Of a stretch of 64,000 bases of DNA, positions 37,229 through 50,304 are shown piece by piece. The stretch is from contig NC_135803.1 in the NCBI RefSeq assembly GCF_964213995.1, forward strand, positions 92,628,001-92,692,000, given 5' to 3'. Below the pieces are notes generated by a model. That model did not search any database. It saw nothing but the letters and a program-made list of their open reading frames with translations, and had not been told where the DNA came from. The stretch comes from Mustelus asterias. Taxonomy: Eukaryota. Numbering within the stretch: the first letter of the stretch is position 1; each line of letters starts with the position of its first letter. The translations under genes and the position numbers were made by a program.

Positions 37229-38041
37229 GGGTGGAATTTTATGAGAATGATTGTAACTGTCCAGCTAGGGTGAAAATGGGAGAGTCCCTGATCCGTATTT
37301 TGGGCCGGTTTTCACACCCAGTCTTACATACTTCATCATTGAAAAAATGGTCTAGATTGTTCCTAGCTGCTGCAGGCATTGGGCTGGGCTTGTTTTGCCA
37401 GCCAGTCTGCAGAGGGAGTTACTGTGCATGTGCAAATCTCTGATGCTGCACATGAACAATTGCAACAGCAAGGGTTTGACAGAGAGAGGCAGCCTAAACC
37501 AACACAACCCCCCCCCCCCCCCCCGCCCAAAACCCGTATCTACAGAGCAGCAGTGGCTCCCTGATCCGATCTCATCTGCAGAGTGCGCAGCGGCCCCGGC
37601 ACTGCCCGGTGGGCATTGCTGAGGTGTCAGGCTGGCAGTGCCAAGGTGCCAGGGTGCCTCTTGCCCTCAGCCTCCCTGGAGGGCCTCAATGGCCTTCAAT
37701 CCCACTGGCGAGGCCAACACGGCTGTTCCCCATTCATGGGGAGCAGGTGTTTTCCTCGCCAGAGAGAACCTTTCCCGGCAAGACCTTAAAAGGCAAGTGA
37801 GCCTGGACGAATCAGTGCCGGGCTCACTAAACAGCTGCAAATATTCATTTAAATAAGTTTGAATAAACTATTCAGCTTCTCGCCCATTTCTAGCGAGAGG
37901 CTGACCTTGCCAGAAATCCAGTTCTCGTAAAATGGCGAGAGCCAATAAATCAGGCGTCATTCCTGATTTCTCGGCTCTCACACGATTTTACTGGCTCGCT
38001 CCGTCCATTGATGGGCAGGGCGAGCCTTTAAAATCCCAGCC
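37229..38041. mobile_element. Non-autonomous PIF/Harbinger-like DNA transposon
   Basis: TIRs GGGTGGAATTTTA / TAAAATCCCAGCC (11/13) with a 3-bp duplication ACA (37226-37228 / 38042-38044). It interrupts a CR1 3' end. Confidence 0.75.
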
Positions 38042-38044
38042 ACA

Positions 38045-38910
38045 ATCTGTCTGCCTCAGCATTAAATATATCAAATGATGGAGCATCCACAACCATCTGT
38101 AGGAGAGAATTTCAAAGATTCACAACCCTCTGAGTGAAGTAATTTCTCTGCATCTCTATCCTGAGACTCCCCCTGCCCCTTCCCGCCCACACTGTATTTT
38201 AGATTTCCCGACCAATGGAAACAATCCCACCCTATCAAACCCCCTCAGAATCTTGAATGTTTCAATGCGATCACCTCTCGTTCTTCAAAACCCCAGAGAC
38301 CTAATTTACTCAACCTCTCATCATAGGACAACCCTCCCATCACAGGGACCAATGTAGTGAGCCTTTGCTGTACTGTCTCCAGTGCAAGTGTACCCTGCCT
38401 TAAAAATGGAGACAAAACTGTGCACAGTATTCCAGATGTAGTCTTACCAAAACCTGTACAACTGTGGCAAGACCTTTTTATTCCTGTACTCCAAACCCCT
38501 TACAATAAAGGTCAACATGCTATTAGCCTTCCTAGTTGTTTGTGTAATTCTCTGTTCTTTCTCTCTCTCCTTTCTGGACAGGCGTTTGCCAATTTCCAAT
38601 CTAATGGGACTGTTCCAAAATCTAGGGAATTTTGGAAAATCATAGCTAGCACATCCACTGCAGTTATCTCTTTTAGAATGCCAGGGTGTAGGTCCGGCAG
38701 ATTTGTTAGATTTCTGTCCCTTTGGTTTCTCCAATACTTTTAGCTCAGCCAATATTAACTTCCTGACTTTTTAGCCCCCAGGTTACCATCTATTTCTGAT
38801 GTAAAACTTGTGTCTTCTAATCACACAATATTTGTTTAATGTCGCCACTGTTTCCTAATTCCTCGTGATAAATTGTCCTGCCTTGTTTCTAAGGAACCAA
38901 TACTAACTTT
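38045..38910 (-). mobile_element. Degenerate CR1 (its tail continues at 37105-37225)
   Basis: KANSMLTFIVRGLEYRNKKVLPQLY on the minus strand. Confidence 0.8.
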
Positions 38911-38911
38911 A

Positions 38912-39038
38912 GCACCCAGGGGAAACCCACGCAGACACAGGGAGAATGTGCAAACTCCGCACAGTGTCACCCAAGGCCGGAATTGAACCCGGGTCCCTGG
39001 TGCTGTGAGTAGGCAGTGCTAACCACTGTGCCACCATA
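38912..39038 (-). mobile_element. HE1-type V-SINE head fragment
   Basis: ggaaacccacgcagacac..gtgctaaccactgtgcc. Confidence 0.85.
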
Positions 39039-39319
39039 CTGATTGAATATGAAACCAGCTGCCCATCTGCTATTGGCGTCTAAGGCAAGTTTCAGCTTTG
39101 TAATGTGAGGTGTACAAAATCAAATTAATTACGTGTAACTGTGCGACAACCTGAGTACAAGAAGGAACTCAGTAATCCCCTTTTCCTTTGTGCATGTTGC
39201 ATAGCCTCAGTTGGACCTTTGTTCATTTTATCTGATGATTGGAATGTTTATGCCTAATGGAGCTGGAACAATGCACATCGACAAGTGGTCAGAACTGCTG
39301 AAGAGAGCTGATTTTTTTT

Positions 39320-39843
39320 TTGATTTGATTTGATTTTTTGTTTTCATTTGATTTATTATTGTCACATGTATTAGTATACAGTGAAAAGTATTGTTTCTTG
39401 CATGCTATACAGACAAAGCATACCATTCATAGAGAAGGAAACAAGAGAGTGCAGAATGTAGTGTTACAGTCATAGCTAGGGTGGAGAGAAAGATCAACTT
39501 AATGCAAGGTAAGTCCATTCAAAAATCTGACAGCAGCAGGGAAGAAGCTGTTCTTGAGTCAGTTGGTACGTGACCTCAGACTTTTGTATCTTTTTCCCGA
39601 CAGAAGAGGGTGGAAGAGAAAATGTCCTGGGTGCGTGGGGTCCTTAATTACGCTGGCTGCTCTTCTGAGGCAGTGGGAAGTGTAGATAGAGCCAATGGAT
39701 CGGAGGCTGGTTTGCATGATGAATTGGGCTACATTCATGACCCTTTGTAGTTTATTGCGGTCTTGGGTAGAGCAGGTGCCATACCAAGATGTGACACAAC
39801 CAGAAATAATGCTTTCTATGGTGCATCTGTAAAAGTTGGTGAA
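39320..39843 (-). mobile_element. Rex1/Babar-clade LINE 3' fragment
   Basis: TNFYRCTIESIISGCVTSWYG..IKDPTHPGH.LF..L.SGKRY, with AATAAA and a (TCAAA)n tail. Confidence 0.85.
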
Positions 39844-40335
39844 AGCTTTAGTCATTTGTGATTTGTTTTTGTTTAAGGCAGTATCCCTTTAAGGGGCTGT
39901 CCGTTTAATTTGTCCCTCAGTTTATTTGAGTTTGTTTAATTGGTTATCTGATTTGCACCAAAATAAGGTAACAAACACTGGGGCAAAAACATGGGAGAAA
40001 TCATACAGAAACACTCAAAGACAGAGGTGAAGATCAACTTGGAAGGTAATAGGTAATTCTCCCTATCATGCTTTGTGTGTTTCATTATGTTCAGGTTAGG
40101 AGGGATGAGCTGATTCCCCTCTCTGACCCACTCCTGGGTTACTCAGAGCAGCGTTTGATTTTTTAAAAAATTGCGATATTGCCAATTTGATATGTACTTA
40201 ACTGTACAGCTCAGTGTAAAAAATAGGCCCGTCAGATTCCTTGAGTTAACGAATTAGGAATTAGTGTTCTTACTGAAACTTACTCAGGTAAAGAAATATA
40301 AGTTATTCATACATTTTAAATTGTTTTATTAACGA

Positions 40336-40644
40336 GGGGCGGCACGGTAGCACAGTGGTTAGCACTGCTGCCTCACAGTGCCAGGGACCCGGGTTTGATT
40401 CCCGGCTCGGGTCACTGTCTGTGTGGAGTTTGCACATTCTTCCCGTGTCTGCGTGGGTTTCCTCCGGGTGCTCCGGTTTCCTCCCACAGTCCAAAGATGT
40501 GCAGGTTAGGTTGTTTGGCCAGGTTAAATTGCCCCTTAGTGTCAGGGTATGGGGATAGGACCTGGGTGGGATTGCGGTTGGTACAGACTCGATGGGCTGA
40601 ATGACCTCCTTCTGTACTATAGGGATTCTATGATTCTATTCTAT
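40336..40644 (+). mobile_element. HE1-type V-SINE, full length
   Basis: Head, V-domain and (ttctatga) tail. Confidence 0.95.
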
Positions 40645-41445
40645 GGCCGACTTTCGAGTAATGCAAAAAAAACACACACAAGGACACAGAAAATAAATAA
40701 AACTTTACCAAAACTTGGCCAAGTTTTCTTTAAAAAAGGGAAAAGTCAGAAAATGTATTCACGGATTGTCCGAATACTTGTTCATTTTCACATGTAACGT
40801 TTGCAATTTCACTTTCCACAGTGACTGCACGCACTCACTGAAGCAGTCATTTTGCAGCTGTGGTTGAATGATTCCCTTTTCTATTGAAGATAGTGGTGTT
40901 GAATTGGAAGCCTCCAGTAAGGACGCATGATTTGCAACAAGCCTTCCAGTAGCCTTTCAAACCAAAACCAAGTCTCAGCTTTGTTGAGCGAGGTTTCAGA
41001 CAAAGAGGGGGTAAAGCTGTTGTCCTTACTATCTTTATGGCATTCTGTTTGTTGGTTCAAATCCAGTATATTTCACACCCAAGAGCTTAGTCATGTGACC
41101 TCTCTCTGGTTTTAATCTGGGTTGATATTAATCATTGTCTCTGAGACCTTCGTCGATCCTGTTGTTTCCACAAATATAACTTAGTAGCTGTGGAGGCCAG
41201 AATCCTTTATTTAGCACAATATGTTATTTTCAGAAAGTTCAATATATATATCCAGCAGATATTACAAAATTAATATTCTATACAGCATATCTTCCTTTCA
41301 TTTTCATCTAGAACTATTTAACAATGCAGTTGGCAAAGTAAAGAATGACTGGCATACTGGCATTCAAATAATTGTGTTATTTTCATAAACTAGTGGCAAA
41401 AAGAGATGCAAGTCTTTTGAGGTGCACATAAATAATTTGTGGGAG

Positions 41446-42044
41446 TGTGCCTGTGTGGTATTGGGGAGCGAAGGTGTAGTCGGAATGTGCCTGTGTGGTA
41501 TTGGGGAGCGAAGGTGTAGTCGGAATGTGCCTGTGTGGTATTGGGGAGTGAAGGTGTAGTCGGAATGTGCCTGTGTGGTATTGGGGAGTGAAGGTGTAGT
41601 CGGAATGTGCCTGTGTGGTATTGGGGAGTGAAGGTGTAGTCGGAATGTGCCTGTGTGGTATTGGGGAGCGAAGGTGTAGTCGGAATGTGCCTGTGTGGTA
41701 TTGGGGAGTGAAGGTGTAGTCGGAATGTGCCTGTGTGGTATTGGGGAGCGAAGGTGTAGTCGGAATGTGCCTGTGTGGTATTGGGGCGCGAAGGTGTAGT
41801 AGGAATGTGCCTGTGTGGTATTGGGGAGTGTAGGTGTAGTCGGAATGTGCCTGTGTGGTATTGGGGAGTGAAGGTGTAGTCGGAATGTGCCTGTGTGGTA
41901 TTGGGGCGCGAAGGTGTAGTAGGAATGTGCCTGTGTGGTATTGGGGAGTGTAGGTGTAGTCGGAATGTGCCTGTGTGGTATTGGGGAGTGTAGGTGTAGT
42001 CGGAATGTGCCTGTGTGGTATTGGGAAGTGAAGGTGTAGTCGGA
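41446..42044. repeat. 40-bp minisatellite, ~15 near-perfect units
   Basis: Unit TTGGGGAGYGAAGGTGTAGTCGGAATGTGCCTGTGTGGTA, head-to-tail with no spacers. Confidence 0.98.
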
Positions 42045-43079
42045 CTATCCAAAATATGGTAACCCTCAAGAGTTGGAAAAGGATCAGAATGCATGGAAAA
42101 GATAGAACTACCAGTAGCTAGCTCCATGCCTGCACCTTGCACTATTGCGGAAGTAGGTCTAACGGTACAAGAGAATCCACCGAATGAATTACTCTCGTTA
42201 ACAATTTTTAATGTGGAAGAACAAAAACAATAGTGAGGAATTCTGGTGAACCATGAGGTCAGAAGAAACAGGAAGAAAGAATAACCTCTTTGAAGAGATA
42301 CTGATCATGTAAATGGGGACTATATTTTAATGACTGATTTCAACTAATTTAACACTGGGTATTAGTTAGATAAGGAGCCTGAGTTAGAACTACATGCTTC
42401 ATAACAGGATGATCTGTCAGGAAAACCATGAGATGAGAGTTGTGGTACAAGAATGAGAGTTGTGGCATTCCTTGGGTGATAGTGATCAGACACTTGAGTT
42501 TGATAAATGATCCGGAGTTTGACACAGGCAAGGGTCAGTTTCTAATTTAAAAAAAACACTTTTCAAAGATATTGGAAAAGGGATGAGTCTGAATTCATGG
42601 GAAGAATAAGAAATAATCTGAAAGTAAGTTGTGAGCACTTGTTCCAGGAGTGATGTGAAGCAAGGTCTGGTGCTGATGTTGGGGTCCCTATTGTTTCCAA
42701 TTTAGAACAATGATTTGGATTCAGAAATTGAATGAAAAGTTATGGTTGTCACTGAAAAACACTAATTTAAAGGGGCAGATGGGGAAGTTGAGTCTAAGTA
42801 GAGAACCAAGAACCTATAAAGGTAGCTGAATAAAATTGATGAGCAGGCAAACACTGGTAAATGAAATCCAGCTCAAAGTGAGGGGTATTGCAGGCTGGAA
42901 GATAAAAGAGCTGGCTGGAATACAGGCAGTATGAATAGTATTAAATAAACCAAGGGCATAGTTAAAATTGTGTGTTTAACACGCCACCCATACAGTGAAC
43001 TCATTGTGCTACTGAAATAAATAATGTAATTTAAATGGTGTAATATATCTCTAAATTACTAGTTATGTTGAAATTATAC

Positions 43080-43905
43080 AGCCAGGATTTCCCCGATATC
43101 GGCAACGGCCAATGGCGATGGGAAAAGCAGCATTGAAGATGCCGACAGCAATGGCGGCTTCACCTCCATATAATCTGGGATTGTGAAAAAAAAATCTTCA
43201 AGGTTCAGCACCCAGGACATGTCACTGGTCAGGTGGCCTCTTATTCGCCTGGCCTGCCAGCAATTTATGATGTGGAAATGCCGGCGTTGGACTGGGGTAA
43301 ACACAGTAAGAAGTCTCACAACACCAGGTTAAAGTCCAACAGGTTTATTTGGTAGCAAAAGCCACTTGCTTTTTTCCGAAAGCTAGTGGCTTTTGCTACC
43401 AAATAAACCTGTTGGACTTTAACCTGGTGTTGTCAGACTTCTTATTACCAGCAATTTAGTCAGACGAGGATTGGGGTGCAATTTTTAAAGGCAGCCCTAG
43501 TGCAGAGAGAGCAAAGCAGTTCACCCTGGAGCACCACCTCAGGGCACTGCACCTGGCACTGCCTGGGCATTACTGTGGACAGTGCCTGGGGTAGTGGCCG
43601 GGCATGACACCCCCCCGATGCACGCCTTGGGAGACCAGTCATGCTGTTCTGCTGTCGTGCCAATGTGGAGGGTTTCTCTGATTGGGAGAGGAGGGGGGGG
43701 CGGGGGGGTGATTCAGGGGCCTGCTAGTGATATGGTAATGTATTCGAATGATGCTCCCGATGTTCGGGCCCTGTCACTGAGAGGGGGAGGAGACAATCGC
43801 GCTGCACATTTCCACCGACTTAAAATGCAATTTTGCAGTTCTTGTGATATTTCCGTTTCCATCGCCGAACCTGCCTGACACAAACAGGAGTGGAAAATCC
43901 CAGCC
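43080..43905. mobile_element. Harbinger-like MITE hosting a Penelope insertion
   Basis: Right end ggaaaatcccagcc matches 38030-38041; the left end agccaggatttcc is degenerate. No clear TSD. Confidence 0.55.
43268..43447. mobile_element. Fold-back Penelope-like element, family A, shortest copy
   Basis: Near-perfect palindrome of the PLE terminus with an exact 11-bp TSD ccagcaattta (43257-43267 / 43448-43458). Confidence 0.93.
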
Positions 43906-44515
43906 ATAGAATCTATTAAGGTGCACCAGGGTCCTGAATTCAGTTGTGGTTACCATGGCAGAAGGGAAACATTGAAACCATGAAGGGGGGAGCAAGGAAA
44001 GAGCTACTTTACCCCTCTTGTTAGAGGATTGAAGATTGAGGAAAGATTAGAAAATTTGGAGTTTTCAAACTTGAAAGGATGTGACTTGGAGAGAACTTTG
44101 AAGAGATATAGGAGCTTGTAACTAGTAATAGACAACCCAAAATATTAATTCATAGCACACAGTGAAAATAGGATAAAGGGTCACAGATTCGGGTGAGGAG
44201 ATTGCATGTTTTACCTTTTTTATATTTTATTTCTTTATATCTGTAAGTTCTTCATGTAAAGGTATTCAGTCCTTGGAATAGAACTTTGAGGAAGGCATGG
44301 AAAGAAATGAATTTAGAGTTACAGGAGGTAGTTAGATGCGGGTGGGTGGTGTTGGAGTCTTTTAATTGAATACTCAGCATAGTCCCAGCTGGCCATGCAT
44401 CTCCCAGCAGCAGAGAGTGTGTACGTAACCCCAGCATGTTGCTACCCTATAGCAGTTTAGTAAAGATCTTCACCTTGCTGATGTTGTGCATGTGTCATTC
44501 CACTTTTTGATATAA

Positions 44516-44842
44516 TCATAGAATCCATAAAATCCTTACAGTACAGAAGGAGACCATTCGGCTCATCGAGTCTGCACCGACCACAATCCCAAGCCCTATT
44601 CCCACAACCCCACTGCGCTACCCTGCTAATCCCCCTGACACTAGGGTCAATTTAGCATGGCCAATGCACCTAACCAGCACATCTTTGGACTGTGGGAGGA
44701 AACTGGAGCACCCGGAGGAAACCCACGCAGACACGGGGAGAACGTGCAGACTCCGCACAGACAGTGACCTGAGGTTGGAATTGAACCAGGGACCCTGGCG
44801 TTGTGAGGCAGCAGTGCTAACGACTGTGTCACCGTGTCGCCC
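44516..44842 (-). mobile_element. HE1-type V-SINE, full length
   Basis: Tail, V-domain and head present. Confidence 0.95.
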
Positions 44843-45664
44843 TAATGTATTGGGCTCCCAACTTGGTGTGCAATAGATCCAGGTGACCTGTGGGAATTTG
44901 GGCTAACGCCATATCCTAAACCCTATATTTTTGCTTCTAGATAATTCCATATTTTCAATCCACTCAGTACATTGTCTATTACAGAAAGCTGAACCACTTG
45001 TGCTTTTCTGCTTCAAAGATCTAGCATTAGAAATGAATCTGAGAGTAACTGTGGCAGAAATTGAGTGACAGGGAGTGTAGAGGCCATGAGATGTTCAGAG
45101 TCATTCATGCGTTAGTGGACTGGATGAAGCTATCCGTTTATCATCTGTACCCTCGTTACTGTTGGAGCTTCACTGTTTTCTAAGTACATTCATTTCCTTT
45201 TTCATCACACCAGCAGAACTGGCTTTCTGTCCAAATCAGTAGAGCATTCCTTAATAACCAGATAATGGCTAGACTTCTGACAGCTACTCTCGTCCTCAAA
45301 CTTCCCTGAAATTTTACAGCAAAACTCGAGAAAACAATCTGACCGGTAGGTAGTCACATTGATTGCTCAAATAATTGATATGAATAATGAGAGATTATTT
45401 GTATTTGTTGGCTTTCTTCTACTAGTGTTACCTGGGCTTCTCGTATTGTGTTCTTCTAACTCTGTTTATTGCTTATTGTCTACTTCAGGGTCCAAGTGTT
45501 AGACATCATACTTGGACTTGTCAACCATATACATGATATCACATCCCTGTGGACAGCATTATCCACAGACCCCAATGACTCTTTAGTACGGAGTTCCTCA
45601 AACTGGTGCTTGGGAATTGGAATCAGTTGGGCGATCTCTAGTTTGAGTGCCCTGCTCCAGCTTT

Positions 45665-45920
45665 CAAAGAACAAAGAAAACTACAGCACAGAAATAGGCC
45701 CTTTGGCCCTCAAAGTCTGCACCGATCATGATACCTGCCTAAACTAAAACCGTATGCACTTACAGAGTCTGTATCCTTCCATTCCCATCCTATTCATGTA
45801 TTCATCTAGTTGCCCCTTAAATGCCGCAATCGTACCTGTTCCCATCACCTCCCAGGCAGCGCGTTCCAGACATTCACCACCCTCTGTGTAAAAACATTTC
45901 CTCCCAATTTCCCCTCTAAC
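45665..45920 (-). mobile_element. CR1 3' end fragment
   Basis: ttcaccaccctctgtgtaaaaa (FTQRVV reversed) and an aaagaacaaagaa tail. Confidence 0.85.
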
Positions 45921-46629
45921 CCTGAAAGCGATGCAGCTTCCCCAGGAATAGGCAGCCCTAAATGGCTATTTGATATGCCTAAGCCTCAATGGTGACCATT
46001 CAGGCTGCTTTATCATTATAGTCATCCATTTCCACAAGGGGCTGTTCTGCTGTCCTGCAGGATGGGGTCGGAGAAGGAGGTGGTGGGTTTTTCTTGAGCT
46101 GTTTTAGTCTCAGTGAAGTGGGGGGTGGCGGGGGAATAGTTATTTGCAGTAGTCTGTTGTTGACTTCTGCAGTGAGGCACCATCAGGTTTTTCCTGAGCT
46201 TCTACCCCGGTGCATGTAGGTCATCCATTTACATTCAGGAGGCTCTTTCATTTGCATCAAGAGAATAAGCAGATACCAAGGGAGCAGTCTTTCCCTGCTA
46301 TGCCACTTAGTGTGGCTCCAGCAATTGTAAGTGGACCTGAATCCAGTTAACCTGAGGAGGGGCTGAGTAACATTCCGGTGGGAATTGGAGATGTTCCCGG
46401 CACTGGAGTACCTGTGCAAGCCAGAAGCTTTCCTGCTGTCATTTCAAATGAATCTACATCGAGTCCTGAAGCATCTGTTCAAGAATTGCGACGCTCTGAA
46501 CAAATGAGAAAATCTCCAGATAGACTTACTTACTGAGAGGCTAAGTTCCCCCCCTTTTTGCTGTATAATATTGCAAAAAGTTTTATTATTATTGCAAAAC
46601 ATTAATTAAAAAATTGAAAAGGGGCAGGA

Positions 46630-46844
46630 TGTGGTGACATGCCCCTTTGTTTGGGAGGGTTTTAATCAGGGTCACATGATCCCATTGGGCCAATCATGGC
46701 AAAGTGACTGGTTGTCAGTTGGAGTCCAGGAGTCGTGGAGTTCAGAAACATTCCTTTCTCTGTTCTGTGTATAGTTGTTTTCCCCAATAAACCCATTGTT
46801 AGTTTATCTGCTGAGTTGGTTGTCTTTACCTCACAGCTATTACA
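46630..46844 (+). mobile_element. Possible short solo LTR
   Basis: TGT...ACA ends with internal CCAAT and AATAAA. Flanks match only 4/6 (gcagga / gccggg). Confidence 0.4.
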
Positions 46845-47459
46845 GCCGGGATATTGAGGAGATTTGGCTTTGCATAGCAAGCCTTGTTTTTTCTATTATC
46901 TAATGTCACTGTGACAGAATTAACACGGAGTAATGTGCTACTTTGCACATATAACTGATTCTGCAGGTTAATGTTGACCGTTAGGGTTTCACATCAAAGG
47001 TGACTGATAAAGCAAGATTTCAAAATAATTTTAAATGGAACTCTGTTTTAATATATAATTGATATATAAATGAGTTGACACTGATGTACTGATCAATTGT
47101 TACATCAGTAAATCGAATTATTCTGCTGTGATTTAATTATAGTATCTCCCACGGTTTTGTAGTAATCTCAGCTTTTATTGAGATCACAGTGAAAAGCTAA
47201 AGCAATCATTGGAAGTGCTAAAAAGCTACCTTGCATCAAATCATGGGTAGCCCAGGAGTGCATAACAAATGGTAACTTTACCTTGCAAGGCTGCTGCTCT
47301 TCCCATCCAATTGGACACGAGCACTATGCTACGTAGACAAGGTGGTTTCTCCCAGTGCCCACTATTGCCTTCAGGTGTCACTCCTCCTTGCTTTGGGCAC
47401 CAAGGATTTAACCTGTCCACACAGGGCAGAAAAGTGCTTTCTGAATGTAATGAGGAGAA

Positions 47460-47851
47460 ATGGGCTCGTTATGGAAAATTCACTGGTGTCAAATGGACAC
47501 CCAAGTGTTCAAAATGGCAAATGGCATATGTGAGCACATTTTGTATCAGAATTGTATGACTCACTCTCTTAGTAAAGGCATCCAGGTCCCGTGCCTGGCA
47601 CAGGGTGTTAGATACTTTGCATATGCAATTAGGGGATTTCCTTCCTAAAATTGTAAGGCACTGAATTTGAAGGTGCTGAGCTTCTGAGTTCCACGTGGTA
47701 CTGAACCAATAGCCCTTAATGGCACCACTGCAAGATGCCACTAAAATGTATTACATTTGTAAAAGATTTATGGGCTGCTCATAATGGGAAATTCACTGAT
47801 GTCAAATAGATACCCAAGTGTTCAAAATGGCAAGTGACATATGTGAGCATA
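47460..47851. repeat. ~80-bp direct duplication (47460-47538 / 47770-47851)
   Basis: aaattcactg.tgtcaaat.ga.acccaagtgttcaaaatggcaa.tg.catatgtgagca is present twice. Confidence 0.9.
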
Positions 47852-48923
47852 TGTGTTGTTCCAGGCTCCACTACAGTCCAGTAGATTGTCGTCAACCCAT
47901 GCTCAGTCCGCACTTGGTCCTTCCCTTTTCCTCAATCCACTATCTGTCTGAGGTTGACTCCCAGCGATACAGTAGCACAGAATTGATGTCTGCATCTGCA
48001 GTCTACCTTCAGTTGGGGCTCCGTGTTCTGGTGCAGGGTTTGCTTCCTGTGCCTAATGATTTCAGCCCCATCAACCTTTCAAAACAAGTGCTCTTGCAGG
48101 TTGTGAATGGCATGCCAGCCCATTAGGCCATGCCTAAGCATTGTTCATCACACAAGAATGATGTAACACTGAGCTGCTTATGGTCTCATTGTACCTTCCA
48201 CCTGTATTATTAATCACACCTCTCTTATCTATAATATCCAACTCAAAATACTTCTGGAATATTTGCAAGAATTACTTGGAGCTTTGTTTCCATGTACAGT
48301 TTTAAATTACCCAGTCAAGAGGCAACCTCTGGGCTTCTGAACAAAGTCTTACTGATTTATGAAATGACTGAAGCCCTGAGAGACCATGAAGTAATCAGAG
48401 CGATGTTCTCAGACTCAACTGCTGTAATGGACCAAGTTGTAGATGAAAGGGAATGGATAACCTTGATTTCTGTTACATCTGTGTCCTTAACGTGGCCTTT
48501 GGAGAGTGAAAGCTAATTCGGGTCCAGTGACAATAGCGACCAATAAACACTTGTACGCTGAACTCAATTAACCACCGCCAGCCTCTTAATTTCTGCAAGG
48601 TTGGACTTGCATTTTAAGAAGTTGTGAGGTTTAAAATTGCATTTTAATTAGTTTGGAGTGCCCTGTTGTGTAAGTAATTTAGTCCCACTTTGAAATCAGT
48701 AATGCACTGCTCTACTTTATCCCAGAGGAGCCTAATTCAAGTGGCCTAACGTTTGCAATGAAGGCTGGTAGTAGAAATGGACAGTTTTTAAAGTGACAGG
48801 AGCTCTTAAAATATGGTGCTGCTTAACTTTGGCTTAAATGCACTGGTGCTCAACTCCTGAGAGTTAAGGCAGGGCCATTGTTGAATTTATAAGTGCTGTT
48901 TAAGAGCTCAAAATGATGAAAGG

Positions 48924-49947
48924 TGTCGTGGTTCTGGTCAGAAACTCCAAAGTGTTTTATGGAGCCCACCTGGATCATAAGTTTTGCATCTTGAATTTGG
49001 CTAGGATAAGCATGATATGTGTTCCTCCGGGCGCTCCGGTTTCCTCCCACAGTCCAAAGATGTGCGGGTTAGGTTGATTGGCCATGCTAAAATTGCCCCT
49101 TAGTGTTCTGAGATGCGTAGGTTAGAGGGGTTAGCGGGTAAATGTGTAGGGATATGGGGGTAGGGCCTGGGTGGGATTGTGGTCGGTGCAGACTCGATGG
49201 GCCGAATGGCCTCTTTCTGCACTGAAGGGATTCTATGATTCTATGTTTCACTTCAGGTATGATTCAAATGACCCAATAGGGATCTTTAATCAAACAAAGT
49301 TGATTTAAGAATATAGTTAACACCTATAGTAAGAAAATGAGCAAGAACTCTTATCAATTACAAACAAGAAACAAAACCACTATAATGTATAACCCTTAAG
49401 AAATGTATCTAATGTGTTCCAATCAGACCAATCCCGTAGACAAAAAACCCTTTTAACAGGTTTAACACAACATAGACTAATGTTCACGTGATACTGGACT
49501 TGAGATCTTTGGATGAAGTCTGCTGTTCTCTGGATAGATTCAGAACAGTTTGAAGTCAGAACCTTCTCAAGACACCAGGGACTCGAGGTAAGCCTTTAAT
49601 AGCCAATTCTATCCTTCAGAAAGGCAAGACCTTGCTTTCAGCTAACCCGCAGAATTTCTTAAATTAGAGAGAGACTTCTTTTCAGCTTGATGTCCCTTCT
49701 AAAAACTTAAACTCAAACCTCCAGCTCCAAACTGAGAAAAAAAAACTCCTATCACCTGACCTGCCAACCAGTTTTTCTCCTAACAATGCAGAGTCATAAA
49801 AAAAACCAATAAAAATAAACAAAGCAGCAATAAATGGCTCTTGTAGACGGCACGACAACAATGAGAAAAACAAACTGAAAATGTTTGCTTACAACTGCAG
49901 AGTACATAATTTAAAAAAACACTTCTTAAAGATACACTAACGTCACA
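48924..49947 (-). mobile_element. Solo LTR (Gypsy-like) with nested SINE
   Basis: TGT...ACA termini with an exact 4-bp TSD AAGG (48920-48923 / 49948-49951). Strand and superfamily are inferred. Confidence 0.7.
49021..49244 (+). mobile_element. HE1-type V-SINE, 5'-truncated
   Basis: Starts within the V-domain; tail intact. Confidence 0.92.
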
Positions 49948-49981
49948 AAGGGCACCATTTTACTGGCACAAAATGTGCTGA

Positions 49982-50304
49982 TAGAAATTCCACAGTGCAG
50001 AAGTAGGCCATTCGACCCACCTAGGCTGCACCAACTCTCTGACAATACATCTTACCCAGGACTTCTCCCATGCCCTATCCCTGTAACCCCACACATTTAC
50101 CATGGCTAATCCATCTAATCTACATACCTTTGGACACTAAGGGGCAATTTAGCATGGCCAATCCACCTAACCTGCACATCTTTGGACTGTGGGAGGAAAC
50201 CCACTCAGTCAAGGGGAGAATGTGCAAACTCCATACAGTCACCCAAGGCTGGAATTGAACCCAGGTCCCTGCACTGTGAGGCAGCAGTGCTAACCACTGT
50301 GCCA
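49982..50304 (-). mobile_element. HE1-type V-SINE
   Basis: Tail, V-domain and head present. Confidence 0.92.

Noticed and set aside
40336-40412. tRNA gene (A and B boxes) here and at other SINE heads
   Set aside because: Each continues into the V-domain and CR1 tail, so these are SINE heads and not tRNA genes.
41446-42044. CRISPR-like array, or the 228/250-aa ORFs
   Set aside because: Units are contiguous with no unique spacers, there are no cas genes, and the context is eukaryotic. The ORFs are just the stop-free strand of a 40-bp repeat.
43268-43447. DNA-transposon MITE or pre-miRNA interpretation of the short palindromes
   Set aside because: The termini match the GIY-YIG-encoding element at 61890-63900, TSDs are 11-13 bp, and the arms are asymmetric.
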